In this document: positions 43,001 through 51,863 of the stretch, piece after piece
How positions within the stretch are numbered: the stretch's first letter is position 1
Layout: each line of letters starts with the position of its first letter
Source: an uncultured Haloferacaceae archaeon
GTDB lineage: Archaea; Halobacteriota; Halobacteria; Halobacteriales; Haloferacaceae
Assembly: GCA_964512675.1 (NCBI GenBank)
Contig: CAZEJR010000009.1
Span: forward strand, 5,955-69,954
Reading direction: 5' to 3'
DNA: 64,000 nucleotides
Notes under the pieces: generated by a model
Told to the model about the DNA's origin: nothing
Database searches by the model: none
Seen by the model: only the letters and a program-made list of their open reading frames with translations
Program-made: the position numbers and the translations under genes

Positions 43001-43343
43001 CTGTCACCTCCACGTCGTTACCGCTCGGGCTGGCGCTCGCGGAGAAGTCGGTCGCGGCCGTCGGCGAGACGCTCGCGCCGGTGACGGACGCACCGGCGGC
43101 GCTGGCGAGTGCGCTCGTCTCGACCGTGAGGGTATCCGAACTGTTGTTCACCACCGTCACGTCGAAGCTGATATCCTGTTCTGCGCCCGTTGTGCCGACG
43201 ACCACGTCGGTCGCACTGGCACTACTGACGGACGAGGCGGCAGCCGACGCCGGCTCCGCGAACCCGAGCGGGACGACGACGGCGGAGAGAGTCACGACAG
43301 CCGCGAAGAGAACCGCGACCGTTCGCGTAGTAGTGTCTGACAT
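40080..43343 (-). CDS. large secreted surface glycoprotein with Thr/Pro linker and PGF-CTERM archaeosortase sorting signal (S-layer-like)
   Basis: 1087 aa from the internal ATG (43343). Sec signal MSDTTTRTVAVLFAAVVTLSAVVVPLGFA. Many N-x-S/T sequons. The C-terminus is ...TPTPTPTATPTPTPTATPTPTPTPTSGGGPGFGAAVALVALLAAALLATRRA. Confidence 0.85.
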   Translation of the reverse strand: MSDTTTRTVAVLFAAVVTLSAVVVPLGFAEPASAAASSVSSASATDVVVGTTGAEQDISFDVTVVNNSSDTLTVETSALASAAGASVTGASVSPTAATDFSASASPSGNDVEVTVQDAGGNSGDVTGSLTVSVTYDTSSASTTGAQTITIRNGTRDFTTVSGAVVDPVAAAGSAPDITASGGQTQTVSGVTVNTGGNPNGAAYLNVTALQNAGGSLTGPPKASVSSGSSNGKPSVNSGVVTVPVTDDGDGPVTVDVDLPVDAGSVSPGTSLTYNIGGSVGSSPDQSPSGSPSTSFTVTQQSGVTRAGPGGSGDFDTSNGEGVVYDGARVFRGEDDIEFGGSLSSSLVGVSGDAAGRVLSPPLSSEERAGRYTNDGDSGSPGVIVDRPRIQTFEIRNQNGADVSDGTVAQPQATLDVFVEYNYYEAENVELVVEGPSGLEVTNAVADASEVSSSDGTARVGLDLRDSEAGRYNVTVQGSDSLTFDDATDTRFVEISAQDNVGVEIEDDPVSQGENTRFDVVGGAAGDFHLLRIDAGDLRDDVSPSQAATVFRSAGDTREVGYVNGSGGYVRELDARASDDVDAAYAVVEVDDDGSGAGSIDTQFLGDTDVAVTVSDPLATSGGTFTRPPTPAGTGELDANEAEFEVREGELRLASPGDRYVVGATVTVAGNATGGTDDVAIYARNRDDYELVFVDGDRSVPVDVDGEFEVEGVALSRDDGPGNGLLSLPGSYRIGVIDAAGADVDGDGDPDDRLTTNEFTSGTSDQRSIRVVGQSLSVSFPSVVDGQITTQDGSVDVNGTAPGSGSVLFFAVGERGEITTQEIDVDEEGARIDEEDIPVSGLSEGDVTLYVVSAGRDGRVGDGNLPGSTGTTIDGLEDYLVDELEPQGLTASQTNDLIRSQTVNDTASDDLAHTETVQLTDAQTQVTDVYPQDSAATGLNPVAVGDVMVVEGTTNLQPEDNVITVELRDGDVSVGLVSTDLWGQSGSWVVEIDTAGAAIGTYDLIVEDGSNTRRETVELVETVDTPTPTPTEQDTPTPTPTPTATPTPTPTATPTPTPTPTSGGGPGFGAAVALVALLAAALLATRRA
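40165..40280. repeat. imperfect GGCGTCGGGGTC-type short tandem repeats encoding the (T-P)n linker
   Basis: 40165-40280 consists of reiterated GTCGGGGTCGGCGTCGCC-like units, the complement of ACN-CCN codons. Confidence 0.8.
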
Positions 43344-43396
43344 CGTGGAGGGCGTGTCGACTCTGTTCCAGCTTTTCGATTCAAGTGTCTTATGAT

Positions 43397-44458
43397 TCAG
43401 GTCGGCGCGTCGCGCCAGACGCCCTGCCGGAGGTCCATCCACGTCACCACGGCGACGTGTGGGAGCGTCAACACCGCGATGCCGACGAGGTAGAGCCCGA
43501 GGAGCCCCGCCCGGTCACCCGCGCCCGGCGCGTTCGGCACCGCGACCCAGAGCCCGGCAAAGGCGAGCAGCGAGACGGCGGTCAGCGGCGTGGCGTCGCG
43601 GGCGAACCGCCCGAGGGCAGCCGTCGCGTCGCCGGCGACGAGGGCGTCGCTCGCCGCGTCGCTCACGACGAGAAGTCGGGCGACGTGACGCAGGGCGTGC
43701 CAGAGACAGAAGTAGACGCCGACGGCGAGCACCGGCGGGACGACCGCGAAGTAGCCCCACAGTAGCGCGACCTCGCCGGCGTCGACGAGTAGCGGCGTCC
43801 GGGCCGCGCCGGCACGGACCCGCAGGCCGCCGCCGACGACACCGAGGACGGAGAGCGCGAACAGGCCCCCGGCTGCGACGAGCCGACCCGCCGGCGAGAA
43901 CAGGGGTGCGAGCGCCGCGGCGTCGGCGCCGAACAGCGAGACGACCGAGAGCGCCACCTCGCGGTAGCGCCCCGGGAACGCGACGAGCGGCGCCAGCATC
44001 GGGAGCCCGCCCCGGACGAGGAGCGCGAGGCCCCGCTCTGCGGTCGTCGGCAGGTGTTCGGCGCCGTCCAGCGCGAGGAGCGCGTAGACGTCGCCCTGTC
44101 CCCAGTGAAACAGGGTCATCGCGACGAAGAAGACGAACGACGCCGTCGGCGCGAGGAACCACGCAGCCGCGTAGGCGGCCATCAGGACGAGGTAGACGAG
44201 GACGACCCACAGCATCGAGCGGACGGTGACGCCGTCGCCGAGGCGACCGGGGACGAGGTGGTCGACGGCGCCGTGGGGCAGCCCGAGGACGACGACGCTG
44301 AGCGCGAACGGCGCGTAGACGACGGCGGTCGGGAGGTCGACACCGACGGCAGACCCCGTCGCCGCCGCGAGCGCGACCGCACCGAGCGCGAGCCACGAGG
44401 GCCGGACGACCGTCCGTGCCAGCGTCCGTCGGGCCGCGGGCGCGACGGCTACCGCCAC
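43397..44458 (-). CDS. brp: Brp/Blh-family beta-carotene 15,15'-dioxygenase (retinal synthesis)
   Basis: A GTG start (44458) overlaps the crtY stop by 10 nt. Polytopic, with conserved His contexts LGLPHGAVDH, MTLFHWGQGD, FCLWHALRH, LTLPHV. Confidence 0.85.
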   Translation of the reverse strand: MAVAVAPAARRTLARTVVRPSWLALGAVALAAATGSAVGVDLPTAVVYAPFALSVVVLGLPHGAVDHLVPGRLGDGVTVRSMLWVVLVYLVLMAAYAAAWFLAPTASFVFFVAMTLFHWGQGDVYALLALDGAEHLPTTAERGLALLVRGGLPMLAPLVAFPGRYREVALSVVSLFGADAAALAPLFSPAGRLVAAGGLFALSVLGVVGGGLRVRAGAARTPLLVDAGEVALLWGYFAVVPPVLAVGVYFCLWHALRHVARLLVVSDAASDALVAGDATAALGRFARDATPLTAVSLLAFAGLWVAVPNAPGAGDRAGLLGLYLVGIAVLTLPHVAVVTWMDLRQGVWRDAPT

Positions 44459-45243
44459 CGCACCACCCCCGCCGCACGCTCTGCCGCCTCGAACAGCGGT
44501 CCGGAGACGGCGCCGACCCGTCGGGCGTCCACCAGCCAGTCGTACAGCGTCAGACCCCACACGACGAGGAGGTTCGTAACGAGGAAGAACAGGCCCTCCT
44601 CGACGGGCAGACCGAGGACGAGAACTCCCGTCGAACGCTCGGGCGTGATCGTCCAGATACCGAGGCCGATCGCGACCCGGTCGGCGGCGGCGAAGTAGAG
44701 TGTCGGGACGGCGACGGCGGGGAGCCACGTCCGCCACGTCCGGGCGAGGTAGCCTCCGCCGACACCCCACTGGAGGGCGAAGAGCGGGCACGCCCACGCG
44801 AGAATCGCGCCGAGGTAGTAGCCCCGCGGGAGCGTGAGCGAGGCGACGCCCGCCGCCGTCGCGCCGGACGCGGCGAGCACGCCCGCGACACGGGGGGTCG
44901 GACGCCAGTCCCCGGCGTCGAACGACGCGTCGACGCCGTACCACGAGAGCCAGAGACCCGTGACGACCGTCTGGAGGATGAAAAAGAGGTACTCGCCGAG
45001 CGGGACCGCGCCGAACCGCGCGACGACCGTCCCGTCGCCGTAGAACCACACGCCTTGGACGATCATGTAGCTGTCCCAGGGCGTCGTGTACAGCACCGCC
45101 GCGACGACCATGATCGCCAGCGCGGTCCGTTCGGTCCGGCCCGCAGCGCGGATGATCGACGGTCGGAGGGCGAGGAGAGCGAGAAGCGGCGGCAGGACGA
45201 ACACGGCGTGGAAGCCGAGATACGAGAGCGTCACCGCGACCAC
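44449..45243 (-). CDS. crtY: lycopene beta-cyclase (fused CrtYc/CrtYd-type)
   Basis: 264 aa membrane protein with duplicated halves: ...LYTTPWDSYMI...PLGEYLFFILQ... and ...GLPVEEGLFFLVTN.... This is typical of the haloarchaeal and actinobacterial heterodimer-type cyclase. Confidence 0.85.
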   Translation of the reverse strand: MVAVTLSYLGFHAVFVLPPLLALLALRPSIIRAAGRTERTALAIMVVAAVLYTTPWDSYMIVQGVWFYGDGTVVARFGAVPLGEYLFFILQTVVTGLWLSWYGVDASFDAGDWRPTPRVAGVLAASGATAAGVASLTLPRGYYLGAILAWACPLFALQWGVGGGYLARTWRTWLPAVAVPTLYFAAADRVAIGLGIWTITPERSTGVLVLGLPVEEGLFFLVTNLLVVWGLTLYDWLVDARRVGAVSGPLFEAAERAAGVVRWR

Positions 45244-45318
45244 GCTCCGTTCATCGGTGGATTGAGCGACGGGGGGCGAATAAAACGCCCGTCTTCGGGC
45301 GGGGCGTCGGGGCTCGCG

Positions 45319-45570
45319 TTACACCACCCGCTCGCCGTCGTCGTACACCCGGATTGCGTCGACGGGACAGACCCGGGCGGCGAACGTCGCCTCGAACGTC
45401 TCGTCGTCGGGCACCTCGACGGCGTACACCTCCTCGCCCCAGTCGGCGTCGACACGTTCGCCGTCGACGAGGCGGGCCTTGCCGGCGTCGACGTCCTCCT
45501 CGAACTCCCCCCACTCCTCGACGCACTGGAACATCCCGATACAGGTCTCGCGGTCGTACTCGACGCGCAC
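45319..45570 (-). CDS. small ferredoxin (single [3Fe/4Fe-4S] cluster type)
   Basis: 83 aa: RETCIGMFQCVEE...ARVCPVDAIRV, a CxxxxxC...CP pattern. Very acidic. Confidence 0.7.
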   Translation of the reverse strand: MRVEYDRETCIGMFQCVEEWGEFEEDVDAGKARLVDGERVDADWGEEVYAVEVPDDETFEATFAARVCPVDAIRVYDDGERVV

Positions 45571-45649
45571 GGACGAGAGAGCGCGCCGAGCGTGAAAGCG
45601 GTGGCGGGCGAGCCGAGGGACTAAAGCCGGACACGCGCCACCGTCGAAC

Positions 45650-47959
45650 GTGAACCTCGCGGAGCTGGCCCTTCCGGACGGCGTCGCGAAGCGCCTGCGT
45701 CAGGAGGGGATCGAGTCGCTCTATCCGCCACAGGCCGCCGCCGTCGACGCCGGTCTGCTCGACGGCGAGAGCGTCGTCGCGAGCGTCCCGACCGCGAGCG
45801 GGAAGACGCTCGTCGCGGAGCTGGCGATGCTCTCGGCGATCGAGCGGGGCGGCACGGCGCTGTACGTCGTCCCCCTCCGGGCGCTGGCGAGCGAGAAGCG
45901 CGACGCCTTCGAGCGCTGGGAGACGCTCGGCTACGACGTCGGCGTCTCGACGGGCAACTACGACGCGGACGGCGAGTGGCTTGCGTCGCGGGATATAATC
46001 GTCGCGACGAGCGAGAAGGTCGACTCGCTGGTCCGCAACGACGCGCCGTGGATCGACGACCTCGCCTGTGTCGTCGCCGACGAGGTCCACCTCGTCGACG
46101 ACGCCGAGCGCGGCCCGACGCTGGAGGTGACACTCGCGAAGCTCCGGGCGCTAAACGCCGGCCTCCAGGTCGTCGCGCTCTCGGCGACGGTCGGGAACGC
46201 CGACGACGTCGCGCGGTGGCTCGACGCCGAGCTCGTCGAGTCGACCTGGCGGCCGATCGACCTGAAGCGTGGCGTCCACGTCGGGGCCGCGATCAACTTC
46301 GAGGACGAGAGCAGGCGCGAGGTGCCGGTGCCGCCGGGCGGGCGGCAGACGTCGGCGCTCGTCGCCGACACCGTCGACGAAGGCGGGTCCGCGCTCGTCT
46401 TCGTCAACTCGCGACGAAACGCCGAGAGCGCCGCCGACCGCCTCGCGGACGTCGTCACGGAGCGCCTGCCCGACGGCGAGCGCGCCGACCTCGCGGACGT
46501 GGCAGCCGAGATTCGTGACGACTCGGACACGGAGACGAGCGCCGACCTCGCCGACGCGGTGGCGCGCGGCGCCGCCTTCCACCACGCCGGACTCTCGCCG
46601 ACCCAGCGCTCGCTCGTCGAGGACGCCTTCCGCGACCGACTGGTCAGGTGCGTGGCCGCGACGCCGACGCTCGCGGCGGGGGTGAACACCCCCGCGCGGC
46701 GCGTGGTCGTCCGGGACTGGCGGCGCTACGACGGCGACTACGGCGGGATGAAGCCCCTCGACGTCCTCGAGGTACACCAGATGATGGGTCGGGCGGGTCG
46801 GCCCGGCCTGGACCCGTACGGCGAGGCGGTGCTGACCGCGACGTCGACAGAGGAGTACGACGACCTGGTCGAGCGCTACGTCGAGGCCGACCCCGAGCCG
46901 GTTCGGTCGAAGCTCGCCGCCGAACCGGCGCTGCGAACCCACCTGCTCGCGACCGTCGCCTCCGGCTTCGCACGGTCGCGCGAGGGACTCCTCGAGTTTC
47001 TCGACCGGACCCTGTACGCCGAACAGACGGAGGGACGGGGCGAACTGGTGCGGGTTACCGACCGGGCGCTCGACTACCTCGCGGCGAACGACTTTCTCGA
47101 GCGCTCCGGGGCAGACGGCGGCGAACTCCGCGTCACGCCGCTCGGCCACACGGTCTCGCGGCTCTACCTCGACCCGATGAGCGCGGCGACGATACTCGAC
47201 GGGCTGGCGTGGGCCGAACGCGAGGGGCGCGAGCCGACGCCGCTCGGGCTCTACCACCTCGTCGCGCGCACGCCGGACATCTACCGGCTCTACCTGAAGT
47301 CGGGCGACCGCGAGACGTACACCGAGGTCGCCTACGACCGCGAGGACGAACTGCTCGGCACGACTCCCTCGGAGTTCGACGACGTCGGCTTCGAGGCGTG
47401 GCTCTCGGCGCTCAAGACCGCGCGGCTGCTGGAGGACTGGGCGAGCGAGGTCGACGAGGACCGGATAACCGAGCGCTACGGCGTCGGACCGGGCGACGTG
47501 CGCGGCAAGACGGAGGCGGCGGAGTGGCTCCTCGGCGCGGCAGAGTCCCTCGCCGGCGAGGCCGGCCACGCGACCGCGCCCGTCCGCGACGCGAAGCGTC
47601 GCGTCGCCGACGGGGTGCGGGCCGAACTCCTCCCCCTCACCGAGGTCGGACAGGTCGGTCGGAAGCGCGCTCGACGGCTGTACGAGGCGGGGATCGAGAG
47701 CCGCGCGGCGCTCCGCGAGGCCGACAAGTCGACCGTCCTCGCGGCGCTCCGAGGGCGCCGCGGCACCGCCGAACGGGTGCTCGAGAACGCCGGTCGGCCC
47801 GACCCGTCGGTGGCGGACGTCGCGGAGCGCGAGACCGACGACGACCCGCCGGAGGCGGAGTTCACGCCCGCCGCGTCCTCTGGGGCCTCGGAGTCGACGG
47901 CGTCCTCCGGTGGCACCGACGAGGAGGACGGCGACCAGTCCAGTCTGGGTGACTTCTGA
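45650..47959 (+). CDS. hel308: ATP-dependent DNA helicase Hel308 (Ski2-like)
   Basis: GTG start. [57 protein letters not shown], a winged-helix/ratchet region, then an acidic tail. Confidence 0.9.
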   Translation: MNLAELALPDGVAKRLRQEGIESLYPPQAAAVDAGLLDGESVVASVPTASGKTLVAELAMLSAIERGGTALYVVPLRALASEKRDAFERWETLGYDVGVSTGNYDADGEWLASRDIIVATSEKVDSLVRNDAPWIDDLACVVADEVHLVDDAERGPTLEVTLAKLRALNAGLQVVALSATVGNADDVARWLDAELVESTWRPIDLKRGVHVGAAINFEDESRREVPVPPGGRQTSALVADTVDEGGSALVFVNSRRNAESAADRLADVVTERLPDGERADLADVAAEIRDDSDTETSADLADAVARGAAFHHAGLSPTQRSLVEDAFRDRLVRCVAATPTLAAGVNTPARRVVVRDWRRYDGDYGGMKPLDVLEVHQMMGRAGRPGLDPYGEAVLTATSTEEYDDLVERYVEADPEPVRSKLAAEPALRTHLLATVASGFARSREGLLEFLDRTLYAEQTEGRGELVRVTDRALDYLAANDFLERSGADGGELRVTPLGHTVSRLYLDPMSAATILDGLAWAEREGREPTPLGLYHLVARTPDIYRLYLKSGDRETYTEVAYDREDELLGTTPSEFDDVGFEAWLSALKTARLLEDWASEVDEDRITERYGVGPGDVRGKTEAAEWLLGAAESLAGEAGHATAPVRDAKRRVADGVRAELLPLTEVGQVGRKRARRLYEAGIESRAALREADKSTVLAALRGRRGTAERVLENAGRPDPSVADVAERETDDDPPEAEFTPAASSGASESTASSGGTDEEDGDQSSLGDF

Positions 47960-47963
47960 CCCG

Positions 47964-48461
47964 ATGCGGCTCGTCACCGGCACCCCGACGGGGAGCGTCG
48001 AGGCGCTCCTCGGCGCCCTCGACGGCGTCACGACGGGCGGCGTGACGGCGCAGGCGTTCGACGCCCGGTACGTCGCCGACCGGGCGCACCTCGAACGCGC
48101 CGTCGCCCTCGCCGACCGCGAGCGGTCGCGAGGCGAGGGGATCGCCGACAGCCGTGCGATGGAGATCCTGCTCTACGCCGCCGGGCGGCGGCAGATAGAT
48201 CGCGCACTCGCGATGGGTGCGAGAGGGGGCGAGCCGGCGGCGCTGGTCGTGGCGGGCGGCGACGGGACGCCGAGTGCGGCAGAGGAGCGTGTCGCGGAGG
48301 CGGTCGCGTCGCTCGACGCCGTCGACCCGCACTCGGTCGACCTCGGCGACCCGGCGACACTCCGCGAGTTCTTCGAGGTGGGTGACGCCGAACTCGCCGC
48401 CGCCGGCGACCTCGCCGGACTCGTCCGCGAGCGGGTCGCGCTGCTGGTCGTCGAGCGGTAG
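47964..48461 (+). CDS. cgi121: KEOPS complex subunit Cgi121
   Basis: Internal ATG: MRLVTGTPTG...AQAFDARYV...SRAMEILLYAAGRRQIDRAL.... Sits immediately downstream of hel308, as in other Halobacteria. Confidence 0.75.
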   Translation: MRLVTGTPTGSVEALLGALDGVTTGGVTAQAFDARYVADRAHLERAVALADRERSRGEGIADSRAMEILLYAAGRRQIDRALAMGARGGEPAALVVAGGDGTPSAAEERVAEAVASLDAVDPHSVDLGDPATLREFFEVGDAELAAAGDLAGLVRERVALLVVER

Positions 48462-48491
48462 GGGTTTCGGCGCGCGGCACGGAGTCCGGTC

Positions 48492-48863
48492 GTGACCGAC
48501 AGCGAGGACCGGAACGTCGAGGGCGACGCGCTCGAACCGTGTAGCACCGACCCGGAGACGGGCTACCTCAGGGACGGCCACTGCCGACACCTCGCGCGTG
48601 ACCCCGGTCGACACGAGGTGTGTGCGGTCCTCACCGACGAGTTCCTCTCGTTCTCGCGTGCGCAGGGCAACGACCTCGTGACGCCGCGGCCCGAGATGAA
48701 CTTCCCGGGGCTGGAGCCGGGCGACCGCTGGTGTCTCTGCCTGCCGCGGTGGCTAGAGGCGAAGGCCGCGGGGGTCGCACCGCCGGTAGTACTGTCGGCG
48801 ACGAACGAGTCGGTGCTGGAGGCGGTCGACCGCGAGACGCTCCGCGAGTACGCAGCCGACTGA
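48492..48863 (+). CDS. DUF2237 family protein
   Basis: LEPCSTDPETGYLRDGHCRH...HEVCAVLTDEFLSFSRAQGNDL...LEPGDRWCLCLPRW. Matches the DUF2237 pattern. Confidence 0.8.
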   Translation: MTDSEDRNVEGDALEPCSTDPETGYLRDGHCRHLARDPGRHEVCAVLTDEFLSFSRAQGNDLVTPRPEMNFPGLEPGDRWCLCLPRWLEAKAAGVAPPVVLSATNESVLEAVDRETLREYAAD

Positions 48864-48982
48864 CGGCGGGCGAGCGCGTCGAGGGCGCTCGGCCCGGGCG
48901 AGTCGACCTCGGGACCGGCTGTCGTCGTCGGTCCAGCCACGACGTGGCACTACGGATCGCCACCGGTCGCGGGCGGGGCGGC

Positions 48983-49915
48983 TCAGTCTCTCCGGGTGCC
49001 GGGCGTCAGCACGACGAGATCGGCTGCGAGGTCGCGGAGCGCCGGCGTCTCGGCGACGCGGTCGGTCCAGCGGTCCGGCACGGCCTCGACGCCGAAGCGC
49101 GCGCCCGCCACGGCGCCACAGACGGCGCCGACGGTGTCTGCGTCGCCGCCGCGCGAGACGCTCGTGACCACCGCCGCTTCGAACGAGTCGGCGGTCAGGG
49201 CGTCGGTCAGCGCCGTCTCCAGCGTGTCGAGCACGAACCCGCCGTTGACCAGCCGCGCCTCCGGCTCCGCCGCGACGGCGAGGCGCTCGCGCACCTCGTC
49301 TGGGGCGTCCCGGTCGCGGGCGGCCCGGAGCGCAGCAGCGAGCGCCGCGGTGCCGTCGGCCCCGTCCAGCAGCGCACGGAGGACGCGACAGCAGGCGACA
49401 CAGGACTCGGTGCACCGCGGGTCGGCGTGGGTGAGCGCGGACTCGGCGGCGGCGACCTCGTCGAGTCGGTCGCGGTTCTCGTACGCCAGTGCGTGGGGCG
49501 GGCAGCGCATCAGACTCCCGTTGCCGGCGTTCTGTCCCTCCGACCGGGCCGCCCAGGCGGCCTGGCCCGCCTCGGGGGGCGCCGCGCCCTCGTCGTACCG
49601 CCGGATCGCCTCGCGGGTGAGGCCGCCGACGTCGAACGGCCCGTCGGCGAGCCACGCGGAGAGCCGCCGTGCGACGTCGTCGGCGTCGAACCCCTCGCGC
49701 GCGACGAGCGACCGGGCGACCCGGAGCGCGAGGTCCGTGTCGTCCGTGACCGTCCCCGCGGGCTTGCCGTGGGTGCCGTCCGCGAGCATCTCGGTGACTC
49801 GCCCGTGTTCGCGCGCGACGGCGTCGCTCCGCAGGAACTCGACGGGGCGACCGAGCGCGTCTCCGCAGGCGAGACCGACGAGCGCCCCCTCGGCGCGGTC
49901 ACGTTCGTCGCTCAT
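48983..49915 (-). CDS. ADP-ribosylglycohydrolase family protein
   Basis: GALVGLACGDALGRPVEF, GTVTDDTDLAL, NAGNGSLMR, GGDADTVGAVCGAVAGARFG. These are characteristic ARH metal-binding motifs. Confidence 0.9.
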   Translation of the reverse strand: MSDERDRAEGALVGLACGDALGRPVEFLRSDAVAREHGRVTEMLADGTHGKPAGTVTDDTDLALRVARSLVAREGFDADDVARRLSAWLADGPFDVGGLTREAIRRYDEGAAPPEAGQAAWAARSEGQNAGNGSLMRCPPHALAYENRDRLDEVAAAESALTHADPRCTESCVACCRVLRALLDGADGTAALAAALRAARDRDAPDEVRERLAVAAEPEARLVNGGFVLDTLETALTDALTADSFEAAVVTSVSRGGDADTVGAVCGAVAGARFGVEAVPDRWTDRVAETPALRDLAADLVVLTPGTRRD

Positions 49916-50318
49916 GGGCCGGCGTCCACTCGCGGCGGTAAGTCGGTGTCGGCTACGGCTCCGGGACGGCGGGGAACCGCGTCGCTCTCGACCGTCCGGT
50001 CGTACGCCGCCGCGACGTCCCGGAGGGCGCTGAACGAGAGCGTGTCTGCGGAGTCACGGAGCGACTCAGAGGGCCAGCCCTCGGCGGCGGCCTGCCGATG
50101 AGACCCCGGACGTCCACACCGACGGACTCGCCGGGGACGTCGACGGCGACGCGTTCGCCCTCGACGACGAACTCGTCGCCGCAGGCGTCGACGTCCACCA
50201 GCACCGCTCTGGACCGGGGTCGGGGCCCGACACGGGACGGCTCGCCGGCTGTCGGCACGACCGTCGCACGCATCTCGTCTGGGAGTGACTGTGACACCCA
50301 GTCGGAGCGGGCAGACAC
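49912..50318 (-). pseudogene. small ORF apparently split by a -1 frameshift, with its stop overlapping the ADP-ribosylglycohydrolase start
   Basis: The N-terminal part is in the frame of ORF 49953..50318 (...AVLVDVDACGDEFVVEGERVAVDVPGESVGVDVRGLIG). The C-terminal part is in the frame of ORF 49912..50367 (QAAAEGWPSESLRDSADTLSFSALRDVAAAYDRTVESD...), which has no start codon of its own and ends in ATGA with the downstream gene. Each frame turns Arg/Ser-rich beyond the junction (about 50090-50100). Confidence 0.4.
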
Positions 50319-50376
50319 GGTTGAGTTCCCGCTCCGGAACCGACACCGACGAGTACCAGCCGGCCAACTACCCGCC

Positions 50377-51042
50377 GTGGACGTGGACTACGGCCTCTAC
50401 TTCGTGACCCAGGGCGACCTCGCGGAGGGACGGTCGACCGTCGACGTCGTCCGCGCGGCGGCAGCGGGCGGGGTCGGCGTCGTCCAACTGCGCGAGAAGC
50501 ACGCGACCGCCCGGGAGCGGTACGACCTCGGGCGCGAGGTCCGCGCGGTCACCCGCGGGGCCGGCGTGCCGCTGGTCGTAAACGACCGGGTCGACATCGC
50601 GGCGGCGATAGACGCCGACGGTGTCCACCTCGGCGACGACGACCTGCCCGTGACGGTCGCGCGCGACCGGCTCGGCCCGGACGCGCTGGTCGGGCGCTCC
50701 GTCTCGACCGTCGAGGAGGCGCGCGAGGCCGCGGCGGCGGGCGCGGACTACCTCGGGGTGGGCGCGGTGTACCGCACGGCGACGAAGGACACCGACCCGG
50801 AAGAGAGCGAGATCGGGCTGGACCGGGTGCGGGCGATCCGGGACGCGGTCGACCTGCCGTTCGTCGGCATCGGCGGCGTGACCGTCGAGAACGCCGCGGC
50901 GGTGGTCGCAGCCGGCGCCGACGGCGTCGCGGTGGTGTCGGCGATCGCGGCAGCCGACGACCCCGAGGCGGCGACCCGGGAGCTGCGCGAGACCGTCGTC
51001 GAGGGACGGCGCCGGCGGGTCGACGGCGGTGAGCGGCGGTGA
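50377..51042 (+). CDS. thiE: thiamine-phosphate synthase
   Basis: GTG start: LYFVTQGD..., VVQLREK, PLVVNDRVDIAAAIDADGVHLGDDD, GVGAVYRTATK, VGIGGV, VAVVSAI. Confidence 0.9.
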   Translation: MDVDYGLYFVTQGDLAEGRSTVDVVRAAAAGGVGVVQLREKHATARERYDLGREVRAVTRGAGVPLVVNDRVDIAAAIDADGVHLGDDDLPVTVARDRLGPDALVGRSVSTVEEAREAAAAGADYLGVGAVYRTATKDTDPEESEIGLDRVRAIRDAVDLPFVGIGGVTVENAAAVVAAGADGVAVVSAIAAADDPEAATRELRETVVEGRRRRVDGGERR

Positions 51043-51776
51043 CCGACGGCCCCCTCGCCGGCCTCGACGGTCGGACGGTGCTGGTGACGGGCGCCTCCAG
51101 CGGCATCGGCGCCGCGACTGCGGAGCGGGCGGGGGCGGCGGGGGCGACGGTCGTGCTCGCGGCGCGGCGCGAGAGGCGTCTCGCCGAGACCGAGGCACGC
51201 GTCGAGGCCGCGGGCGGGCGGGCCCACGCGGTGCCGACGGACGTGCGCGACGCCGACGCCGTCGACGCGCTCGTCGAGACGGCAGTCGAGCGGACGGGCG
51301 GGCTGGACGCCGCCGTGGTGAACGCCGGCGTCGGCGAGGCCCGCGACGCACCGCTGGCCGACGTCGACTTCGAGACGGTGACCCGGACGAACGTCGACGG
51401 CGCCTTCCACACGGTGCGGGCGGCGCTGCCGGCGCTCCGCGACTCGGCGGGGCAGGTCGTGCTGGTCGGGAGCTACCTCGGGTCGCACCCGAGCGCCGCG
51501 ACGCCGGTGTACGCCGCCTCGAAGTGGTGGCTCCGTGGGTTCGCGCGAAGCCTCGCGGCGCGGTACGGCGAGGCGGTCGGGGTGTCGGTCGTCAACCCGG
51601 CTGCGGTCCGGTCGGAGTTCGGTCGCGGCACCCGCGACCGGACGAACGCCGAGCGCTACGGCGAGGACGAGGCGCTGTCGGCGGCGCAGGTCGCAGAGAG
51701 CGTCGTCTTCTGTCTGCGACAGACGCCGCCCGCGACCGTCGCGGAGCTCGATCTGTACCGCCGCGCGTCGATCTAG
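51039..51776 (+). CDS. SDR-family oxidoreductase
   Basis: VLVTGASSGIGAATA (TGxxxGxG), NAGVG, YAASK (catalytic YxxxK). The GTG start overlaps the thiE stop. Confidence 0.9.
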   Translation: MTDGPLAGLDGRTVLVTGASSGIGAATAERAGAAGATVVLAARRERRLAETEARVEAAGGRAHAVPTDVRDADAVDALVETAVERTGGLDAAVVNAGVGEARDAPLADVDFETVTRTNVDGAFHTVRAALPALRDSAGQVVLVGSYLGSHPSAATPVYAASKWWLRGFARSLAARYGEAVGVSVVNPAAVRSEFGRGTRDRTNAERYGEDEALSAAQVAESVVFCLRQTPPATVAELDLYRRASI

Positions 51777-51863
51777 CGACACCGGCTTGTCCGCCGCGCA
51801 CCGACCGTACCCGTGGACCTCCGCGTTCCTCGGTCGCTCGGCGGCACGCACTACCTCCGCGCG

